Assembly: GCA_973895155.1 (NCBI GenBank)
Contig: OZ316895.1
Span: forward strand, 5,459,181 to 5,523,180
DNA length: 64,000 nucleotides
Direction of reading: 5' to 3'
From: Marsupella aquatica
Lineage: Eukaryota; Plantae; Marchantiophyta
Below the pieces are notes generated by a model. It was not told where the DNA came from. It saw only the letters and a program-made list of their open reading frames with translations, and did not search any database. Every line of letters starts with the position of its first letter. The first letter of the stretch is position 1. Positions 61,901-64,000 of this stretch are shown piece by piece. Both the position numbers and the translations under genes were made by a program.

Positions 61901-63727
61901 GACCTCCCGGTTTGATTACTTTACCTGATGGTAAGTTGTTGCTCATGTCCAAATTACTCAGGGTATCTTTCATAAAAGTTCAGTGTCCTCCCCAAACAAG
62001 TGGCAATTCACTAGTCATACCCAAACTACAAAAGTGAAAAGTACATGGAAATTTTGGTCTTTTCGAGGCCAAAGAAGAATAGAAAAAAAGAGTACATGGA
62101 AAATTCTCTGGGTGTTTTACAAGCACTCTAAACTATTTTGTCCGTAGGGTCCAAGCTTTTGATAATTAATTATTAATTATTCTGTGCATGAACAGGAATG
62201 CAGTACAGTAATGTGTTTGGCAGCAATGTCACTGTTGTTGGAAGACCATCATTTAGACTGAGTACTGGTACAGTAGTTTCAATTACTCTCCCAAATACCC
62301 CTGAATATGCATTGGAAGGGCTCCTTGTAAGGAGACTCCAATGCTCAACTCCACTCACAAGCATAGATTATATATCAAAAAATATTCTCACAGAAAAGTT
62401 AGGCTCATGGCATCAATCGAATCTACCATCTGGTCATGAACAGTAGGAACTGATCCCAAATAAGAGCATAGACGGGGAGGATACAGCATTGCCCAATGTT
62501 ACTTTGTGTCAAGGAAGAAATATACCTCATACAAATTTCCTGGATTAACGCCTCACCGTTAGATCTCCCTAGATTTAACGAAAGTTGCAGAATTTTGATA
62601 TTAGACCCTGCGCTTGGTAAATGGCGAGAGGCTTTGGGGAGGACAGACTTTTAACAAAAATTGCCACTGCAACATTTGTAAAAGCACCACCAACTTCTGA
62701 CTATTTGTTTTGCCTTCAAAATGAAGTTTAATGAGCTGGTAGCCCCTTCTCGGCCAAATAATGATGGTGCATCGGAGCATTCAATCAAAATTTCTTGCCG
62801 GAGATGAGGTTGAGTGAGATTCTCGTGGTATTATGAGGAGGATCAAATTAGCAGAAGGCGTGAGGGTGAGCAAGACAAGGGAGGGTGGCTGAAGCATCTT
62901 GGGGTCCAAGCATGGTCGTGCAATGCTACAAGGAGGGAGAAAATTCTTTACTTTTCCTTATTTCCCCCTTAGTTTTCTCCTACCCCGTCCTCTCCCTCAC
63001 CTTGCTCTTGTCCCATCCCCGTGTGAGGGATAGCAAGGGTTTGCGGGGGAGGGGCTGGAGGGTCACGGTCATGAGGTCTGGTTGTGGCTGTGGTGCCACA
63101 CAGAGGGTGGGTTTTTGGCAAATTCAATGGTCACTGAATGATCTCAGAAACGTTGTGGCCACTAGTTTTGCCTCACCTTTTTGCTTTCTGTAAACTGATA
63201 ATGGAGGAGAATAAGTGGGTTTTTGCATATGATAGTGTGTATATAGATGGATATTTTGTGATTTAAACAACTTTCTCAATGGGCTAGAGTGGCTGAAAGT
63301 TTCAAATCACTTCCAGTCAAAGAAGTGGGCCAGGGTCTCATACCATGTTCGGTTGGGAAGGTGTTCAATTACTTTTTCTAGTGAGAGAAGGAGCATCTTT
63401 GAAGCACCATAGATACAAGAACAGTTCCCTTTTACAATTTACAGTATGTCTATATTGGCGTTTTGTTTCTTGTCTTCTTGCTGTATAATAAAAGTATATA
63501 AGTACATGACTGTCTGAAATAATAAATTATTTTGTCCTAAGTCACCTAAGATACCGTAGTCATTATATACCATTACTGTAGTTGCATGTTCACTGTAGAT
63601 GAGCACTTCTGAAAATAGAAAATGAGCCCCCCCGGTATCCAATGTCATCCAAAATACTCCAATAGATTTATTAAATAATCTGAAGGGAATCTCCAAAAAT
63701 ATGCAATGTAATCCATTAAAATTGTTA

Positions 63728-63775
63728 CGAACCCCATTAGAGGTCCCTTTCAAATTCGAGACTCCACAACGCACC
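63728..63775 (+). mobile_element. Isolated terminus of the 15185-16747 TIR family
   Basis: TA|CGAACCCCATTAGAGGTCCCTTTCAAATTC matches TA|CAGACCCCATGAGAGGTCCCTTCCAAAATTC. Confidence 0.65.
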
Positions 63776-64000
63776 AGTGTATTTTTTAAGGTTTTTTATT
63801 TTTAGCCAGTGTGGCGAATGGTTGCTGCTCTGAGGGAGGAGATTCTAAGAATATTCTCTGTCAAATTTTATTAAATTAAATTATGACCGTCAGATATCCC
63901 TAGATTTAAGGAGAGCCGTTAGATTCTGGCTAATGGGGTCAATGATTTGGTGGAAGAGTGGCTAATGGTGTCAGAAAAATGTAGCAAATCTTAGCCAAAA

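Overview
Eukaryotic nuclear DNA from a land plant. The gene set and TE landscape suggest a bryophyte, perhaps a liverwort (inference only). Four genes can be reconstructed, three with GT-AG introns. They are a 4-exon xyloglucan endotransglucosylase/hydrolase (XTH, +, 6738-9181), an intronless F-box/Kelch gene (+, 11392-12822), a 2-exon orphan gene with an acidic tail (-, 22774-23620), and a 13-exon, unusually compact (~452 aa) HECT E3 ubiquitin ligase (-, 46108-50717). There is also a truncated pseudogene resembling fungal/bacterial PQQ-dependent (AA12/sorbosone-dehydrogenase-like) sugar dehydrogenases (-, ~1508-1849). The rest is intergenic: several MITE/hairpin families, a 1.56-kb TA-flanked element with ~330-bp TIRs, two related Copia-type LTR remnants, a Gypsy-like remnant, and a cluster of tandem arrays (140, 117/78/39 and ~95-100 bp units) upstream of the orphan gene. 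Two of those arrays share a motif skeleton in inverted orientation. No rRNA, tRNA or CRISPR array was found. All calls come from reading the sequence by eye, with no database searches.
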